Notes: generated by a model not told the origin, from the sequence alone. A stretch of DNA of 64,000 nucleotides from an uncultured virus (IMG/VR IMGVR_UViG_3300006213_000002) (IMGVR_UViG_3300006213_000002:1-64000); one strand, 5' to 3'. Positions 9,019 to 20,302 are shown, counted from the first letter of the stretch. Translations and numbers: made by a program.

Positions 9019-11574
9019 ATGGCAAAAAATTTTTGTAAGATCTATGAGTATGAATTAATGGAAGATGTAAGAACATTAATGAATCATAGTTCAAAGGTAA
9101 AAGCAGATATATTCAAATCAATTATGATGAATCGTAATAGTGATTTATTAGTATATAAATCTTTTCTTTCATATATAAATATTTTATTAAAACGATATGA
9201 AGAGTATGGATTTGAATTATCTAATAGAATGAAAAACTGTAAGGGTATAGAAAATATTAAAATTATATCATATGATGATATTAAAAATATTATTTATGCA
9301 AAATATGATTATGAATCATTATTATCATTCGTAGATGGGGTAATGAAAGCATCATCAGAAGGTAATAATAAAATGAATGTGGAAGAATTCTTTATACATG
9401 TAGTAACAAAAGCATTTAAAGAATTACCACCATCCACAGCAGGAATCCTTGATTCATATATAGGAGATTCAACAGTTATTACTTATAAGGTATCTGATAA
9501 ATATGAATCACGATTATTTGAATCATTAAAGACATATAAAATGTTTAATAATACAGATCGTTCAGATTTATATCGTAATATTACATCTATTATGAATATG
9601 ATGTCAAATTATGATCTTGTAAATAAATATATCAAATTTGCTAATCCAAAAGAAACTATATCAGCTATTAGTTGTATTATAGAATTTATAACATATTCTG
9701 TTACAGCATATATTTCACGTATTTATATCATTGGATCATATTTGATAAATTTTATTTATGCAAATGAAGATCTTAATACAAAACCACATATAGAATTTAC
9801 AGAAAGATCTGAATTACCATCTACAGAACAAACATTGGATTCAGTAGCTAGTACAATATGTAGAGATTTAGAAGATGCATTTTCTAAGGATATAAACAAT
9901 CATAAAGAATTAAATAATAAACTTAAAGAATTTATTATAAACATAGGATGCGAATTAAATCAAGCATTATCAAATACAGAAACAGAATATTGTGCAAAGG
10001 ATGCATATGTTAATTCATTTAGTAATAAATTGAATGGTAATGCATTATATAATTTTCTTATTAATGGTAAATATGAATTATTTAGTATGGATAATATAGA
10101 ACCACATCTTGCAGAATTACATAATATTTTAAAATCTTCTATATATAATCCTACACATGCTATTGAAGGATCATCATCTGATAGACATGAAATAATTCAT
10201 ACAATTAAAGGTGCATCTATAGGAAAGACAATGAAAGATGTACAGAATGTATCTTTAGATCTTTATAAATTTATAAGATATATTGGTAATCAAATATCAA
10301 ATACATTGAATACATTATCAAGGTGGTCGGGCGATATACAGGTATCATTGTTATATAATCCTACAATCAAAAATGATATTGCTGATTGTGATAGAATGAT
10401 GAGAGAAATATATGCAGAAATAGCTCTTATAGTAATTCAAAAATTTAAAGATATTGAAGATGAATATAATAGATTAGTTAGTAATAAGAAAAATGATATT
10501 ATGAATAAATTATCATTAAATCTTTCTAATACTAAATTAACTACAGATAATACTACTAATGCTGCGTCTGATGCAACTCGTATTCCATTAGGAATAATGG
10601 ATATGTATACAATGCAAGCATTTGAAAGTGCTAATATGTATAATGAATATCTTAGAGAAATTTTTAAAGATGATATTTATTTCTCTGAAGCATTTAATTT
10701 TTCATCTATCATTGAATATCTTAAATCATTACTCAATTCAGGATTACAGAAGTTAGAAAATTTTATTAATGATAATAAGGTGAAACTTTGTGTAAAATGG
10801 ATTAATGATAATAAAGAAAAATTCAATTCTCTTGACTATAATAAAGTTGGAGTTATAAAAGTATTACCATATAAAGAAAATATTAATATAAAATTAGGAT
10901 TAACAAAATTAATTTCAAATGCATCTCAATATAAAAATAAAGATGTTAAATCATATTCAGAATCATTATATCCTAATAATACTGTATATAGTTGGTTTAC
11001 TTCTTCTAATACTAATGATAAAAAACAAAAAACTGGATCAAATAAATATTGGAATTATATTTGTTTTGCTAAGAGTGAAGCAGAAGTTACAGATAAACCT
11101 GCATCATATATTGATATACAAGGTGATAACATAAGTAAATATGTAAATAGTTATATTTCAACTATATTATCTTTACAAGCTGCTTATAATGAAATAAAGA
11201 AAGATAAACAAACATTGGATAATATTGTAAATGATATACAGAAAGAAATTGTTAGATTAACTAATGAACAGAAAAAGAATAATAATTCAAATGCAGCTGA
11301 TGGATCAGTACCGCCAAATATGAATGATAATAATCAGAATAATAACAATAATAATTCTGATAATAATCAAACACATACAGAAAGTACTAATGCTCCTGAG
11401 ACACCTGGAGATAATAAATCAGATAATGAATTAAATGCTCTTAAGGATAAAATAACTGCATTGCAATTAGCAATTAGTAATTTATGGATACCTATTCCGT
11501 ATATAGTAGCTAAAGTAGTTTCTGTTCAATATGGTTATCTAAAAGAAATCTATAATAAAGTACCTAAAGCTTAA
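9019..11574 (+). CDS. Probable virion structural protein, 851 aa
   Basis: AAGGAGG RBS; TACA-N6-TA upstream; FSE-A and FE-S motifs; Asn-rich linker near the C-terminus. Confidence 0.55.
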   Translation: MAKNFCKIYEYELMEDVRTLMNHSSKVKADIFKSIMMNRNSDLLVYKSFLSYINILLKRYEEYGFELSNRMKNCKGIENIKIISYDDIKNIIYAKYDYESLLSFVDGVMKASSEGNNKMNVEEFFIHVVTKAFKELPPSTAGILDSYIGDSTVITYKVSDKYESRLFESLKTYKMFNNTDRSDLYRNITSIMNMMSNYDLVNKYIKFANPKETISAISCIIEFITYSVTAYISRIYIIGSYLINFIYANEDLNTKPHIEFTERSELPSTEQTLDSVASTICRDLEDAFSKDINNHKELNNKLKEFIINIGCELNQALSNTETEYCAKDAYVNSFSNKLNGNALYNFLINGKYELFSMDNIEPHLAELHNILKSSIYNPTHAIEGSSSDRHEIIHTIKGASIGKTMKDVQNVSLDLYKFIRYIGNQISNTLNTLSRWSGDIQVSLLYNPTIKNDIADCDRMMREIYAEIALIVIQKFKDIEDEYNRLVSNKKNDIMNKLSLNLSNTKLTTDNTTNAASDATRIPLGIMDMYTMQAFESANMYNEYLREIFKDDIYFSEAFNFSSIIEYLKSLLNSGLQKLENFINDNKVKLCVKWINDNKEKFNSLDYNKVGVIKVLPYKENINIKLGLTKLISNASQYKNKDVKSYSESLYPNNTVYSWFTSSNTNDKKQKTGSNKYWNYICFAKSEAEVTDKPASYIDIQGDNISKYVNSYISTILSLQAAYNEIKKDKQTLDNIVNDIQKEIVRLTNEQKKNNNSNAADGSVPPNMNDNNQNNNNNNSDNNQTHTESTNAPETPGDNKSDNELNALKDKITALQLAISNLWIPIPYIVAKVVSVQYGYLKEIYNKVPKA

Positions 11575-11580
11575 TTAAAT

Positions 11581-11608
11581 AAGAAGAGGGATTTAAATCC
11601 CTCTTCTT
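11581..11608 (+). terminator. Intrinsic terminator
   Basis: aagaagaggga-tttaaa-tccctcttctt. Confidence 0.8.
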
Positions 11609-11678
11609 ATTATTTATTTTTAACTATATATTCTTATATTGACATAGGATATATTAAATATAGAAAGGAATAAATATT

Positions 11679-13220
11679 ATGTTTGATAATATAGAGAAAA
11701 TGTATCAGGAATTATTACAGGCAGAGGCGAATTCATATAATGAAGGTTCAGGTGTTAATGGATTATATGATTACCAGTATGATAGTTATGATGATATAGA
11801 AGTTATAGGTACAAGTGCAGAAACAGCTAAAGAACAAGAAAAAATAGAAAAAGCATTAGGTGATAAATATAATTATGATAAATATAATGAATCGCCAATA
11901 GAAGAAAGATTACATTTTAAACGATATAGTGTAAAAAGAGAGCATAAATATACAGAGACAGAAATGAAAAAGATTAGGGAAGAATGTGAAGCTGTTATAG
12001 TACATGATTATGGTGAAAATGATATATATCATATGTCTGATGAAGAAAGACAAGAAAATGATATGTTGGCAGAAATTAGTATAAAGTTAAGAGGTATTGG
12101 TAGGATATATCATAAGGTAGATCAATATGTTGAAGCTATGAGAGTTGTAACGCAAGCATGGGAAATTTTAGAGAAAAATAATTATATACATCCTGAAGAT
12201 GAATTCTTTCAACTTGTAGCAGAAGGTAAAATAGTATCTAATAGAATAATAATGCCAAAACTAAAAAGAAAAGATAAATATAATATGGATCTAATAATAA
12301 AATATATTAGTAACCCAGAATTAGATCCTGCAGATTTAAGACCAGAAGTAAAAGATTTAGATCCATTAGATGATGATTTTTACACAGATATGGAAGAAAA
12401 TGAAGAATATGTTAGATTAAGAGATAAATATAAGGAAGAACATAAAAATGATATTATAAAGAATGATTTTACAGGTAAAAAAGAAAAGATTGATGATTAT
12501 GAATTGGAATATAGAGCAGATAATTATGCAAGAAATGAATTGAAGATAATAAGGATGGAAGAATTATTAACTCCAGAAGAGGCATTATCATTAAATAATA
12601 ATGAACCGTGTCAAATGAGAGTTAAAGAAGTAAAGAGGAAATATATAAAAGATTTTAGTGAATTCGGTTCTTTGAAATCTAGAAAGAAAAAGTTTAATAA
12701 GAAAGAAAAATATATTAGAGATAATTTACATCTATTATTGAATAAAATACAAACTAATCCTAAAAATCATGATGATGACGAGGGATTTACTAGAAGTTAT
12801 ATGTTAACACATAATATGTTTGAAACTGATAAACCTGAAAAAGATGTTTGGGACGATATACATTTTGAAGGATCATTAGCATCTGATTCGGCAGATTATT
12901 TATATAATATCACTGTAAGAGAAAAATTGATGGAACAACATCCATTGAAAGATAGATATCAAACATATGCAGATAAAGAATTAAGTAATTTCTTCAAAGT
13001 ATTAGAAGATCATGGAGTTAGTACACTAGAACTTAGCAGAAGAATGGATTATAGTCAGGAAGAAGAAAATAAGAAAATATCACAAAGGAAGAAGAAAGAA
13101 AATAGAAAAATGGAATCACAAATTATACAGCGAATTACAAAACAAAATAATGATCCTAAATTTAAGAAACTAGTAGCTAAAGCAGAAAAAGCATTAAATA
13201 GAGCTGCAGAAGAATATTAA
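11679..13220 (+). CDS. Hypothetical highly charged protein, 513 aa
   Basis: Long ORF with RBS; no motif recognised. Confidence 0.75.
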   Translation: MFDNIEKMYQELLQAEANSYNEGSGVNGLYDYQYDSYDDIEVIGTSAETAKEQEKIEKALGDKYNYDKYNESPIEERLHFKRYSVKREHKYTETEMKKIREECEAVIVHDYGENDIYHMSDEERQENDMLAEISIKLRGIGRIYHKVDQYVEAMRVVTQAWEILEKNNYIHPEDEFFQLVAEGKIVSNRIIMPKLKRKDKYNMDLIIKYISNPELDPADLRPEVKDLDPLDDDFYTDMEENEEYVRLRDKYKEEHKNDIIKNDFTGKKEKIDDYELEYRADNYARNELKIIRMEELLTPEEALSLNNNEPCQMRVKEVKRKYIKDFSEFGSLKSRKKKFNKKEKYIRDNLHLLLNKIQTNPKNHDDDEGFTRSYMLTHNMFETDKPEKDVWDDIHFEGSLASDSADYLYNITVREKLMEQHPLKDRYQTYADKELSNFFKVLEDHGVSTLELSRRMDYSQEEENKKISQRKKKENRKMESQIIQRITKQNNDPKFKKLVAKAEKALNRAAEEY

Positions 13221-13248
13221 TTTATTAAAAGAAAGGAAATAAAATATT

Positions 13249-13833
13249 ATGATAAGTATGCCAGTAGAATTGTACACAGATGGAAGTTGTTTAAGGAATC
13301 CAGGAGCAGGAGGTCTTGGATTCCTAATAAGGTATTATGATGAAATTGATGATCAATCTATGCCAGAAGAAAAAATTATAGAAGGTAATCAAGGTTTCAG
13401 ATTAACCACTAATAATAGAATGGAAATAATGGCAACATTATATGGAATAAAGAAAGTAATTGAGTTAACTAATTCTAAAGTATTAGATGGTATAAAACAA
13501 TTAAACATATTCTCTGATAGTGAATATTTATGTAATGCAATTAATCAAAGATGGATAAATAGATGGCAAGAGAATAATTGGATGACATCTGGATTTAGAG
13601 GAAATCAACCAAGTCCAGTAAAGAATAAGGATTTATGGGAACAGATAATAATTATGCAACAAGAATTACAGAATATGGATATTATAATGACTATTACTCA
13701 TGTTAAAGGACATGCAGATAATGAATACAATAATAAAGCTGATAAATTAGCAACACAAGCATCAGGAAATGGTCAGAATCATATTATAGATGAATATTAT
13801 GAGAAGACTACTACTGTAATAAATAGGAGATGA
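13249..13833 (+). CDS. rnhA: Ribonuclease HI
   Basis: YTDGSCLRNPGAGG, TTNNRMEI, SDSEY, VKNKDLW, HVKGHADNEYNNKADKLA. Confidence 0.95.
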   Translation: MISMPVELYTDGSCLRNPGAGGLGFLIRYYDEIDDQSMPEEKIIEGNQGFRLTTNNRMEIMATLYGIKKVIELTNSKVLDGIKQLNIFSDSEYLCNAINQRWINRWQENNWMTSGFRGNQPSPVKNKDLWEQIIIMQQELQNMDIIMTITHVKGHADNEYNNKADKLATQASGNGQNHIIDEYYEKTTTVINRR

Positions 13834-13839
13834 TAATTT

Positions 13840-13986
13840 ATGAACTATGAAGAACTATGTAACTTGCCAAAATTGAATGGATGCAGTATTATAGGAGATA
13901 AAACATTTGAAGATTATGGCTTAGTACCCATATCTTCAGAAGAATTGACAGAATTAATGTTAGAGGTATTTGGTTATGTATTATAA
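13840..13986 (+). CDS. 48-aa protein (below ORF-track cutoff)
   Basis: AGGAG RBS; MNYEELCNLPKLNGCSIIGDKTFEDYGL resembles the Y..L.NKP.ING..L.G.KT...LG motif of small Firmicutes phage proteins; followed by a terminator at 13991..14012. Confidence 0.6.
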   Translation: MNYEELCNLPKLNGCSIIGDKTFEDYGLVPISSEELTELMLEVFGYVL

Positions 13987-14073
13987 ATAAATAGAGGGAA
14001 TTATCCCTCTATTTATTTTTTATTTTATTTTTTACTTATATATTTTAATGATGAATAAAGGAGGTATTATAAT

Positions 14074-14424
14074 ATGATAACTAAAGTAAACTATGATAGT
14101 ACAAAAGAAAAGAGTGTAATAAATGGATTTTTAACTGAACTGAATAATTGTATAGATCAATATAATTCTATACTAGAAGAAGTCAATGAGGCTAGCGTAT
14201 GGATTGATCATGAATATGAAAGAGCTGTTAAAGAAAATCTATTTATTATTCATGATAGAGCATCTGTGTTTAATGAATCTTATATTTATAATATAATATC
14301 AGATGAATTAAAAGTATCATTAAATACTCAATTGGATACTATTAGAAATGAAATACTAATAGAAAGAGAAAAACAACAGATACGAATGAAAAATAATGGA
14401 ATTAAATTAAATGAAGATATTTAA
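14074..14424 (+). CDS. Hypothetical protein
   Basis: 116 aa; AAGGAGG RBS; TATATT motif upstream. Confidence 0.65.
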   Translation: MITKVNYDSTKEKSVINGFLTELNNCIDQYNSILEEVNEASVWIDHEYERAVKENLFIIHDRASVFNESYIYNIISDELKVSLNTQLDTIRNEILIEREKQQIRMKNNGIKLNEDI

Positions 14425-14512
14425 AAACTTTTCTATGTTCATAAAAGTTGAATTTCAAAAATAAACGTTTCAAATTATTAAAAATAAAAATTTGAAAAGG
14501 AGGGAATAAAAA

Positions 14513-15022
14513 ATGAATCATTATAATATGAAATATCATAATATTACTACTGATGATATGAAAAATGGTGATGGATTACGTGTAGTATTATGGGTATCAG
14601 GATGTTCACATCATTGTGATGGATGCCATAATCCATTTACTTGGGATCCAAATTCTGGTTTAGAATTCACTCAGGAGACAGAGGATGAATTAATGGATAA
14701 ATTAAATTATCCATATATATCAGGATTGACATTATCAGGAGGTGATCCATTTTTTCATAGTAATATAGTAGATGTAGGAAAATTAATAGGAAAAGTAAAA
14801 TTAAATTTTCCTAAAAAGACAATATGGGTATATACTGGATTTAAATATGAAGATATTTATCCTAATATAAAATATTTTATATCTAATATAGATGTAATAA
14901 TAGATGGAAGATTTGTTAAGGATTTAGCTGATGTAAAATATAAATGGGCAGGATCAACAAATCAGAGAATTATTGATGTAAAGAAAACAATAAAGACAGG
15001 AGAGATAGTAAGTTATGTATAG
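14513..15022 (+). CDS. nrdG: Anaerobic ribonucleotide reductase activating enzyme
   Basis: NGDGLRVVLWVSGCSHHCDGCHNP, GLTLSGGDP, GSTNQRII. Confidence 0.95.
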   Translation: MNHYNMKYHNITTDDMKNGDGLRVVLWVSGCSHHCDGCHNPFTWDPNSGLEFTQETEDELMDKLNYPYISGLTLSGGDPFFHSNIVDVGKLIGKVKLNFPKKTIWVYTGFKYEDIYPNIKYFISNIDVIIDGRFVKDLADVKYKWAGSTNQRIIDVKKTIKTGEIVSYV

Positions 15023-18000
15023 AATAATTAAAAAGGATGGTACATTAGAAGATTTTGATAACAATAAGATTATTAATGCAGTAACTAAATCAGCAGGTAG
15101 AATGATGATTCAATTATCAGATGATGATTTTAATAATATCATTAATAAAATTATTTCTAAAATAGAAGATTTTGAAATGTCTGATATTAAAGTAGATGAT
15201 ATGCATTCATTTGTAGAAGCCACATTAGAGGAGTTTAATCCTATTATAGCAAAATCTTATAGAGATTATAGAAATTATAAAAAAGATTTTGTACATATGA
15301 TGGATAAAGTATATGAACGATCACAAGCTATACGATATATAGGTGATAGAGAAAATGGTAATACAGATTCTGCATTAGTGGCAACAAAAAGATCATTAAT
15401 TTATAATGAATTAAATAGAAGACTATATAAACAATTCTTCATGACTGTAGAAGAAAGACAAGCATGTAGAGATGGCTATATTTATATACATGACCAATGT
15501 TCACGACTTGACAGCCTAAACTGCTGTCTATTCCGTATGGATAATGTAATGAAAGATGGATTTGAGATGGGTAATGTTTGGTATAATGAACCTAAAACAT
15601 TGGATACTGCATTTGATGTTATGGGTGACATTATATTATCAGCAGCATCGCAACAATATGGTGGGTTTACAGTTCCAGAAGTAGATAAATTATTATCATA
15701 TTACGCAGAGAAATCATATAATGTATATTATAATGAACACAAATCCAATTTAGAAGAATTTATTATGAACAACGATGTTCTTCATAATAAATGTGATGAA
15801 TATGCAATGAAGAAAGTTAGACGGGAATATGAACAAGGATTTCAAGGTATTGAAATGAAATTAAATACTGTAGGAAGTAGTAGAGGAGATTATCCTTTTA
15901 TTACTATGACATTTGGATTAGCTACTGATAAATTTGGTAAGATGGCTTCAGAAGTATTTTTAGATGTTCATATGAAAGGTCAAGGAAAGAAAGGATTTAA
16001 ACGCCCAGTATTATTTCCTAAATTGGTATTTTTATATGATAAAAATTTACATGGAGAAGGAAAAGAATTAGAAGATTTATTTAATAAAAGTATTGAATGT
16101 TCATCATCAACCATGTATCCAGATTATCTTTCATTAACTGGAGATGGATATGTTCCTTCTATGTATAAAAAGTATGGTAAAGTAATCAGTCCTATGGGAT
16201 GTGTTCAAAAAGATGAACTTGTAACATATAAATTCAATGGAAATTTATATGTTGAGAGTATAGGAAGGATGTGGAATAGAATTAAGTGTGCATTTCCACA
16301 AAAAATACAAATTGAAGGACAACCTCATTTGTATATTGATGTAGATCCAAATTTAGTTCAAATATATGATAAAGAAAAAGGTTTTGTAAAAACTAAAAGA
16401 ATGGTAAAAAATAGGAGTAATAATTGGGCTAGAGTTACATTATCAAATGGAAGAATATTAGAATGCACATTAGATCATCCGTTACCTGTAATAGGAAAGG
16501 GTCGAACATTTGTATCAAATTTACAAATAGGTGATAAAATTCCATTGAATAAGACTCAATATGTTGAAGAAACATATAATGGAACTAATATTGATTATGC
16601 ATGGATGCTAGGAATAATATTATGTGATGGATGTTATGATGATCAACTAAATGTTACAATTAATTCTTATGGAGAAGATGAAATTGTTAATGCTTTAGCT
16701 CCAATTATGCAAAAATATTATAATCTTGAAATGATTATAAATGAGCAGAAAAGGGGTAAAAAAGGAAATTATTTAGAGTTGAAATTTCCTCATTCTAGTC
16801 ATGTATGTAGAGATATGATTCATATATTTGAAGGATTACAAAAAGTGCATAGACACATACCTAATTTTATATTTAATTCAAGTAAAGAAGTTAGATTAGC
16901 ATTTTTAGCTGGAATGATTGATGCAGATGGGTATATTAATGATAATAATCATGTATCTACAATTCAGCTTGGATCTACTAATAAAGAATTAGCTTTACAA
17001 CAAATGGCTCTTATGCAATCATTAGGGATTAGATCAAATATTTATTCTAATAAATATAATAAAGTATTTCCGAACAAAATAAGGTATAAAGTTGAAGGAG
17101 AAGCTATAAGTGAATTAGTAAAGTATATAAAATGTAAAAAGAAAATTGAACATTTCAATGAGAATGTTCGTACTAATATTTCTAAATCTGATTTAGATGA
17201 AGGAGTGGTAACAAAGATAGAAATATTATATAACAGAATTGATTGGAGTTATGACGTTACAACAGAATCCGATTATTTTGATATTTCTGGAATATATTCT
17301 CATAATTGTCGAGCATTTTTATCACCTTGGTATGAAAAAGGTGGCATAGAACAAGAGAATGAAGATGACCAACCAGTATTTCTCGGTAGATTTAATATAG
17401 GAGCTGTATCATTACATCTTCCTATGATATATATGAAATCTAAAAAGGAGAATAAGGATTTTTATGAAATATTAGATTATTATCTTGAAATGATTAGACA
17501 GCTGCATATTCGTACATATGCATATCTTGGAGAAATGAGAGCATCTACTAATCCATTAGGATTTTGTGAAGGTGGATTCTTAGGTGGCAATCTTAAACCT
17601 AATGACAAGATTAAACCTTTATTAAAGGCTATGACAGCTTCTTTTGGTATTACTGCATTTAATGAATTGCAAGAACTTTATAATGGAAAATCTATTAGAG
17701 AAGATGGGATGTTTGCATTAGATGTATTAAAATATATAAATAATAAAGTTAATGAGTTTAAAAAAGAAGACAATAATCTATATGCAATTTATGGTACTCC
17801 TGGAGAAAACCTTTGTAGTTTACAAGTTAAACAATTTAGACAAATATATGGCATAATAGAAAATGTTTCTGATAGACCGTATGTGAGTAATTCATTTCAT
17901 TGTCATGTAACTGAGGATGTTACTCCTATAGAAAAACAGAATATTGAAAATAAATATTGGAATTATTGTAATGGAGGAAAAATACAATATGTAAAATATC

Positions 18001-18266
18001 CAATTGATTATAATATAAAAGCAATAAAAACATTGGTAAAGAGAGCAATGGAAATGGGTTATTATGAAGGTGTGAATCTATCACTTGCATATTGTGAAGA
18101 ATGTGGACATACAGAATTGGAAATGGATGTATGTCCAAAATGTGGAACAAGAAATATATGTAAAGTAGATAGAATGAATGGATATTTAGCATATAGCAGG
18201 GTACATGGGAGTAGCAGACTTAGTGATGGTAAAATGGCTGAAATAGCTGATAGAGTAAGTATGTAA
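15015..18266 (+). CDS. nrdD: Class III (anaerobic) ribonucleoside-triphosphate reductase with ATP cone and intein
   Basis: ATP-cone start IIKKDG; YIHD, NCCLF, QQYGG; spliced PMG-CRAFL; CEECG..CPKCG; glycyl-radical RMNGYL. Confidence 0.95.
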   Translation: MYRIIKKDGTLEDFDNNKIINAVTKSAGRMMIQLSDDDFNNIINKIISKIEDFEMSDIKVDDMHSFVEATLEEFNPIIAKSYRDYRNYKKDFVHMMDKVYERSQAIRYIGDRENGNTDSALVATKRSLIYNELNRRLYKQFFMTVEERQACRDGYIYIHDQCSRLDSLNCCLFRMDNVMKDGFEMGNVWYNEPKTLDTAFDVMGDIILSAASQQYGGFTVPEVDKLLSYYAEKSYNVYYNEHKSNLEEFIMNNDVLHNKCDEYAMKKVRREYEQGFQGIEMKLNTVGSSRGDYPFITMTFGLATDKFGKMASEVFLDVHMKGQGKKGFKRPVLFPKLVFLYDKNLHGEGKELEDLFNKSIECSSSTMYPDYLSLTGDGYVPSMYKKYGKVISPMGCVQKDELVTYKFNGNLYVESIGRMWNRIKCAFPQKIQIEGQPHLYIDVDPNLVQIYDKEKGFVKTKRMVKNRSNNWARVTLSNGRILECTLDHPLPVIGKGRTFVSNLQIGDKIPLNKTQYVEETYNGTNIDYAWMLGIILCDGCYDDQLNVTINSYGEDEIVNALAPIMQKYYNLEMIINEQKRGKKGNYLELKFPHSSHVCRDMIHIFEGLQKVHRHIPNFIFNSSKEVRLAFLAGMIDADGYINDNNHVSTIQLGSTNKELALQQMALMQSLGIRSNIYSNKYNKVFPNKIRYKVEGEAISELVKYIKCKKKIEHFNENVRTNISKSDLDEGVVTKIEILYNRIDWSYDVTTESDYFDISGIYSHNCRAFLSPWYEKGGIEQENEDDQPVFLGRFNIGAVSLHLPMIYMKSKKENKDFYEILDYYLEMIRQLHIRTYAYLGEMRASTNPLGFCEGGFLGGNLKPNDKIKPLLKAMTASFGITAFNELQELYNGKSIREDGMFALDVLKYINNKVNEFKKEDNNLYAIYGTPGENLCSLQVKQFRQIYGIIENVSDRPYVSNSFHCHVTEDVTPIEKQNIENKYWNYCNGGKIQYVKYPIDYNIKAIKTLVKRAMEMGYYEGVNLSLAYCEECGHTELEMDVCPKCGTRNICKVDRMNGYLAYSRVHGSSRLSDGKMAEIADRVSM
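16200..17306 (+). mobile_element. Intein with LAGLIDADG homing endonuclease (369 aa) in NrdD
   Basis: Begins CVQKD after SPMG; block B CTLDHP; LGIILCDG and FLAGMIDADG; ends YSHN before Cys. Confidence 0.93.
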
Positions 18267-18270
18267 TTAG

Positions 18271-18307
18271 AATAATATTGGAGTGTATAATACACTCCAA
18301 TATTATT
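18271..18307 (+). terminator. Intrinsic terminator
   Basis: aataatattggagtgta-taa-tacactccaatattatt. Confidence 0.8.
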
Positions 18308-18647
18308 TATTTTATAATTATAGACAACAATGATCTTGTAACATGGATCCTTTATCTTTTATTTACATAGAGAAGACCCTACAGAAGCCCATGGTGTAAA
18401 ACATTTAAAATGAAAATGGGAAAAACTCGCCAACTACTATTATATTTGAGAAAAATTTATATAATATAAAAGCTAATGGCGAGATTTTCCCTAAATATTA
18501 TATTATAAATTTCAATGATAATATTGGATACACCAATGATGATCTGTATAGTTATATACTATAATTATATATTATATTTATATATGAAAAGGAGGCATAT
18601 ATAAATATAGTATATAAAAATTTTAATTAACGAGAAGGAGAAATAGT

Positions 18648-19121
18648 ATGAAAATGAAAAGTGGCATAACTTTTAAAGATTTAAAAGATGCAATAAATTT
18701 ATTACGAGAACTTAATATATCAGATTACTCATTCGAGGATGATGAATATAGTTTACAAATTGATATTTCATTTAATAATTTAGATATGATTCGTATAAGT
18801 AATCTTAAAGGTGATAAAAAAATTAATATGTTTTTTTATTATTTAGAGAGGAATCCTAATATTAAAGAAATCGAATATGATATGATGATTTTATATGAAA
18901 TCATCTATAATAAATATGGAGTAGTATCAAATGATGATATGATAAAAGGGTCTACGTGTTTTTATACACATCAAGACAATCTAATATGTAATAATCATTT
19001 CTTATATTTAACTTTTGAAGGATTTAACTTAGATCCAAGACCTTTAATAATTAATTCCATAGTGAATATTTATAAAAATTCCAATGAAAACATAAAACTC
19101 TCAGATGAAGATTTTTGCTAA
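18648..19121 (+). CDS. Hypothetical protein
   Basis: 157 aa; AAGGAG RBS. Confidence 0.65.
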   Translation: MKMKSGITFKDLKDAINLLRELNISDYSFEDDEYSLQIDISFNNLDMIRISNLKGDKKINMFFYYLERNPNIKEIEYDMMILYEIIYNKYGVVSNDDMIKGSTCFYTHQDNLICNNHFLYLTFEGFNLDPRPLIINSIVNIYKNSNENIKLSDEDFC

Positions 19122-19211
19122 GAAATTTTTAATTGAAGCAAAAAATAAAGGATTGAAAGTCTCAATAAATATTAATGGCACAATTTATGAATAAAGAAAG
19201 GAAATAATGAA

Positions 19212-19667
19212 ATGATTAAGATTGATATTAAGTATTTTTCAAACGATATTGACAAAATAACAAAAATTGAAAAAGGTAATTGGATTGATTTGAGAGCAGC
19301 AGAAACAATTGAATTGAAACAAGGTGATCATAAATTAATACCATTGGGTATTGGAATGATATTACCAGTAGGATTTGAAGCTCATATAGTACCTCGTAGT
19401 TCAACATTTAAAAGATATGGAATTATACAGACTAATCATATAGGTGTTATTGATGGTCCTGATAGAGAAACTGGCATAGGTGGTTATTGCGGTAATAATG
19501 ATCAATGGTTTATGTCTGTATATGCTACCAGAGATACTGTTATCAATAAAAATGACAGAATATGCCAATTTAGAATAATAGAACAACAACCTACAATAGA
19601 ATTTATTGAAGTGGATAATCTTGGAGATGTAAATAGAGGTGGATTTGGTACTACTGGTGTAAATTAA
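19212..19667 (+). CDS. dut: Trimeric dUTPase
   Basis: WIDLRA, PRSS, GVID..YCG, RICQFRI, RGGFGTTG. Confidence 0.92.
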   Translation: MIKIDIKYFSNDIDKITKIEKGNWIDLRAAETIELKQGDHKLIPLGIGMILPVGFEAHIVPRSSTFKRYGIIQTNHIGVIDGPDRETGIGGYCGNNDQWFMSVYATRDTVINKNDRICQFRIIEQQPTIEFIEVDNLGDVNRGGFGTTGVN

Positions 19668-19799
19668 TAATATTAATAATAGATTGGGGTTCATGTTGAT
19701 AGAGGAACCTCCCCCCCCCATCGTATATTTCTCTTATTATATTATATATTCTAAAAGTGATACATAGTTTAGAATATTAAAAATAGGAGGATAAAAACT

Positions 19800-20156
19800 A
19801 TGAATGCAATTACAGAGGTAAGTTTCAAAGTATCGGAAAACTGTGAATTGGAAGATGTTGTAGGAATTATTTCTATAAGAGATAATATTAGATCAAGAAG
19901 GATTGGAGCTAATCTTTCCACATCTTTCGAAATCATGCCTAAATCATTACACAATGATATTGCAGAATCATTAGACAATAATTTTGCAGGTGGGTGTACA
20001 TTTAAGCTGAAATGTATTGAAACTGGTAAGATTATTGATAGTGATGATTGTGTAGCTAATATCACATTACGATCAGGTGATAAAGTTCAGATTCAAGTAG
20101 CATGGAATGAAGTGGATGGTATTGCTACCGATTGGTTGAATGTGAGTATTTTCTAA
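19800..20156 (+). CDS. Hypothetical protein (probably early)
   Basis: 118 aa; AGGAGG RBS; promoter-like motif at 19743..19761. Confidence 0.7.
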   Translation: MNAITEVSFKVSENCELEDVVGIISIRDNIRSRRIGANLSTSFEIMPKSLHNDIAESLDNNFAGGCTFKLKCIETGKIIDSDDCVANITLRSGDKVQIQVAWNEVDGIATDWLNVSIF

Positions 20157-20170
20157 GAAGGAATAAAGAA

Positions 20171-20302
20171 ATGAAAAGAGAAGATTATGTACCATCAAAG
20201 GAACTTCAGGATATCATTAAAAGATCGTTAGAGGATGAGATTATGTTTAGACAAAATATCCAAACATTTAATAATTATATCGAATGTCTAATGAATCAGT
20301 AA
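20171..20302 (+). CDS. 43-aa hypothetical protein
   Basis: AAGGA RBS; MKREDYVPSKELQDIIKRSLEDEIMFRQNIQTFNNYIECLMNQ; terminator at 20324..20345. Confidence 0.5.
   Translation: MKREDYVPSKELQDIIKRSLEDEIMFRQNIQTFNNYIECLMNQ

Noticed and set aside
11275..11375. AAT-rich microsatellite (also 33640..33780)
   Set aside because: Ordinary Asn-rich low-complexity coding linkers.
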